DNA of 64,000 bases from an uncultured Poribacteria bacterium. GTDB lineage: Bacteria > Poribacteria > WGA-4E > WGA-3G. Every line of letters starts with the position of its first letter. Positions within the stretch are counted from its first letter, which is position 1. The position numbers were made by a program, and so were the translations under genes. Location: positions 672,001-736,000 of the forward strand of contig CATQHZ020000001.1 of NCBI GenBank assembly GCA_958296135.2. Reading direction: 5' to 3'. The notes below the pieces were generated by a model, which was given only the letters and a program-made list of their open reading frames with translations, ran no database searches and was not told the origin of the DNA. Below, one piece after another: positions 61,334 through 64,000 of the stretch.

Positions 61334-61360
61334 GTAGGCGCGCTTTGCAAGCGCGCCTAC
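61334..61360. repeat. REP-like palindrome, family A
   Basis: ccccgtaggcgcgctttgcaagcgcgcctacgggg; further copies at 15048, 40769, 40810, 54943, 54979, 55351 and 56214. Confidence 0.92.
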
Positions 61361-61417
61361 GGGGTTTGCCTATCCTTAATCCTCAGGCGAGCCCGAACGA
61401 CAGAGATTCAGTGGGTA

Positions 61418-64000
61418 TCAAACGCTTTGCGTCAATACAGACAAACTGCGTGCGAGTTTTTCTTCTTCTGCTAATAGGCGTTCCAGATGTTCCCGCTTCT
61501 GTGCTACCACCTTTTCGGGTGCGCGCTGGATGAAATTCGGGTTATCCAACGTCTTCTGTGCCGCTGCCACGTCCTTGGCTGCCTGTTGGTGCCGCTTGGT
61601 AAGCCGCGCGCGCTCCGAGTCCAGATCGATGACACCGGCGAGCGGGATGTAAATCACCATCTCACCGATGACGGCCTCGGCGGCGGCAGGCGGTTTCGGT
61701 AGTGCTTCGGCGACGGTGATGTCTGCAACCTTTGTAAACGCGGGGAGATGCTGGCTGAGATGCGTCGCGAGCCGTTCGCGCAGGGCGGCATCGGGCGATT
61801 GGATGAGGACTTCCACCGATGCCCCGAGTGGCACGTTCAGTTCGCCTCGGATGCTCCGCACGCTCTCAATTACCTCAGTCACTGTCGCCATCGTTGCCTC
61901 TATTTCTGGATTCTCGCCGGCGGCTTCTGGCCATGGCGCGATGCAGAGAGAGGGAGTTTCGCTGTGGTTGAGTTGCTGCCAAATCTCCTCACTCAAAAAG
62001 GGCATAAAGGGGTGCAGGAGCCGCATCGTCTGTTCTAGCACGTCGGCGGCTACCCAGAGTGCTTCGGGTTCGCCGTGGGCGAGCCGCTGTTTGACGAATT
62101 CGAGGTACCAGTCGCAGAATTCGTGCCAGAGGAACGCGTAGACAGTCTGCGCTGCTTCGTGGAAACGGAAGTTTTCAAGCGCGTCGGTTGTCGTTGTGAT
62201 AGCGTGGCTCAGGCGGCTGCGTATCCACGCGATTTCCAGTTTTTCGTCGTTCGCATCGGTGGCGTGCTGACGCGGGGCGACGCGCGCAGTTTTGAAGAGG
62301 CGTTCCCGTTCGGCGTGCATCTCCAGTGGTTGGCCTGTTGTCTTCCCATGCCGAGTTGTCACGTCTTGCCTTTCTTTCTCCCGTTCTGGATAGCCTGCAG
62401 GTATGGGATGCTTTTCAAGATTCATCAGCGTGAATCGGGCGGCGTTCCAGATTTTATTGGCGAACCGTTTGCCTGCTTCAATCTGCGATTCGGGCAGTGG
62501 GACATACGGATTCGGCGTGCCAGCGTTTGCAAGCGCGAACCGGAACGCATCGGTGCCGTAGGTGGCAATCGTCTCCAGCGGATCGATGCTATTCCCCTTC
62601 GATTTGCTCATCTTCTGTCCTTTTTCATCGGCGACGAGGCCGTGCAGATAGACGGTGCGGAACGGCACTTCGTCCATGCATGCAAGCCCGAGCATTATCA
62701 TGCGCGCCACCCAGAAAAAGAGGATGTCCCACCCCGTAACTAGGACAGAAGTCGGATAGAAGGTTTTAAGCACCGCTGTCTCTTCGGGCCAGCCCATCGT
62801 GGAGAAGGGCCAGAGCCCGGAACTGAACCACGTGTCTAGCACATCTTCGTCTTGCCGCAGTTCGGTGCAGCTGCACATTTCGCACGCTTGCGGCGTGTCC
62901 ATGGCGGCGGTGACAGCGTTGCATGCATCGCAGTACCAAATAGGGAGGCGGTGTCCCCACCACCGTTGTCTTGAAATGGGCCACGGCTCAATGTTCTCCA
63001 TCCAGTGCATGAACCGCGCTGTCTCTCGTTCCGGTATGAATTTCACATCGCCGTTTTTGGCGGCTTCCATGGCGCGTTGGGCGAGTGGCTGGACGTTCAT
63101 AAACCACTGCAATGAGATTGCGGGTTCGACGATGGTGCCGCACCTGTCGTGATGGCCGACGGCATGTCGATGCGGAACGATTTTGACGAGGTATCCCTGC
63201 TCTCGCAAATCGGCGACGACGCGTTCACGGCATTCCCAGCGGGATAGGCCGACATAAGGTTCGCCGGCGTGTTCGTTCATTCGCCCATCTTTTGTGAAAA
63301 TTGTCCGCTGTTCCAAATCGTGCCGCAGGCCTATCTCATAATCGTTCGCATCGTGTCCCGGTGTCACCTTCAGGGCACCGGTACCGAATTCGGTGTCAAC
63401 ATAAGCATCGCCGATGATGGGTACCACGCGTTCCTGTAAGGGTAGCATCGCCGTTTTACCGATGAGGTGTTGATAACGTTCGTCTTCGGGATGCACGGCG
63501 ACAGCGGTATCGCCTAACATCGTTTCGGGGCGCGTCGTCGCAATTTCTAGAAACGCGGTCTTCTCTGTTGTTGAGGGTTCTCGGGGGACAGGCCCCTGCG
63601 CTACGGGATAACGGATGTGATAAAAGTTTCCCTCTATCTCCATCGGTTCGACTTCGAGGTTGCTGACGGCGGTGTTGCATTGCGGGCACCAATTCACCAT
63701 GTAGGTATCGCGGTAGATGAGCCCCTGGTTGTAAAGTGCCACAAACGCGGTGCGGACAGCTTTGGAGAGCCCTTCGTCCAACGTGAACCGTTCGCGTTCC
63801 CAATCACAAGAGCATCCAAGTTGCTGGAGTTGCGCGACAATATAACCCGCGGATTCTTCCTTCCACTGCCACATCCGGTCGGTGAATTGTTCGCGGCCGA
63901 GTTCGGTGCGGGTTGTGCCTTCCTCGGCGAGTTTTCGCTCCATGATAAGTTCGGTGACGATGCCGGCGTGGTCTGTCCCAGGCATCCATAGGGTGTTGTA
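61418..64000 (-). CDS. valS: Valine--tRNA ligase; 5' end lies beyond the window
   Basis: PGTDHAGI, ATTRPETMLGD, ISRQ-WWGH, DTWFSS, KMSKS, FCDWYLE, C-terminal coiled coil. Confidence 0.98.
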   Translation of the reverse strand, partial: YNTLWMPGTDHAGIVTELIMERKLAEEGTTRTELGREQFTDRMWQWKEESAGYIVAQLQQLGCSCDWERERFTLDEGLSKAVRTAFVALYNQGLIYRDTYMVNWCPQCNTAVSNLEVEPMEIEGNFYHIRYPVAQGPVPREPSTTEKTAFLEIATTRPETMLGDTAVAVHPEDERYQHLIGKTAMLPLQERVVPIIGDAYVDTEFGTGALKVTPGHDANDYEIGLRHDLEQRTIFTKDGRMNEHAGEPYVGLSRWECRERVVADLREQGYLVKIVPHRHAVGHHDRCGTIVEPAISLQWFMNVQPLAQRAMEAAKNGDVKFIPERETARFMHWMENIEPWPISRQRWWGHRLPIWYCDACNAVTAAMDTPQACEMCSCTELRQDEDVLDTWFSSGLWPFSTMGWPEETAVLKTFYPTSVLVTGWDILFFWVARMIMLGLACMDEVPFRTVYLHGLVADEKGQKMSKSKGNSIDPLETIATYGTDAFRFALANAGTPNPYVPLPESQIEAGKRFANKIWNAARFTLMNLEKHPIPAGYPEREKERQDVTTRHGKTTGQPLEMHAERERLFKTARVAPRQHATDANDEKLEIAWIRSRLSHAITTTTDALENFRFHEAAQTVYAFLWHEFCDWYLEFVKQRLAHGEPEALWVAADVLEQTMRLLHPFMPFLSEEIWQQLNHSETPSLCIAPWPEAAGENPEIEATMATVTEVIESVRSIRGELNVPLGASVEVLIQSPDAALRERLATHLSQHLPAFTKVADITVAEALPKPPAAAEAVIGEMVIYIPLAGVIDLDSERARLTKRHQQAAKDVAAAQKTLDNPNFIQRAPEKVVAQKREHLERLLAEEEKLARSLSVLTQSV

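Overview
A GC-rich bacterial chromosomal segment, inferred to be Candidatus Poribacteria or a similar sponge-symbiont lineage. The inference rests on LamG/TolB proteins ending in a shared V-x-x-x-GK-x-x-x-x-W-x-Q-(L/I)-K tail, together with Uma2, NHL, TPR and C-type lectin proteins. Most of the window is housekeeping: sppA (partial), polysaccharide biosynthesis genes, secA, tRNA-Pro(GGG), hom, yceD-rpmF-fabH-fabD-fabG-acpP-fabF, folK, sucC-pgk-proS-sucD-panB, hisI-trpE...trpG, pyrD-pyrB, gatB, slt, nadB and valS (partial). Accessory genes are interspersed: a single-chain type ISP/IIL-like R-M enzyme, Uma2, a DUF932-like protein, and decayed MTase, Fic, MNT and R-M fragments. The most striking unexplained structure is a set of at least four families of GTAG/GTAA-flanked REP-like palindromes. 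They fill intergenic regions, form tandem arrays, and also sit in-frame inside protein genes (panB, sucD, valS, a GNAT, a GT-C-like membrane protein), where they add peptide loops much as Rickettsia palindromic elements do. Other candidates are a ~390-nt highly structured leader before an RRM gene, a perfect 4x98-bp structured tandem array before secA, a five-way-junction RNA candidate at 19.0-19.1 kb, and a PyrB carrying only the zinc-binding half of PyrI. No CRISPR array, rRNA or intact transposase was seen. All family calls come from motif recognition by eye; no database searches were run.
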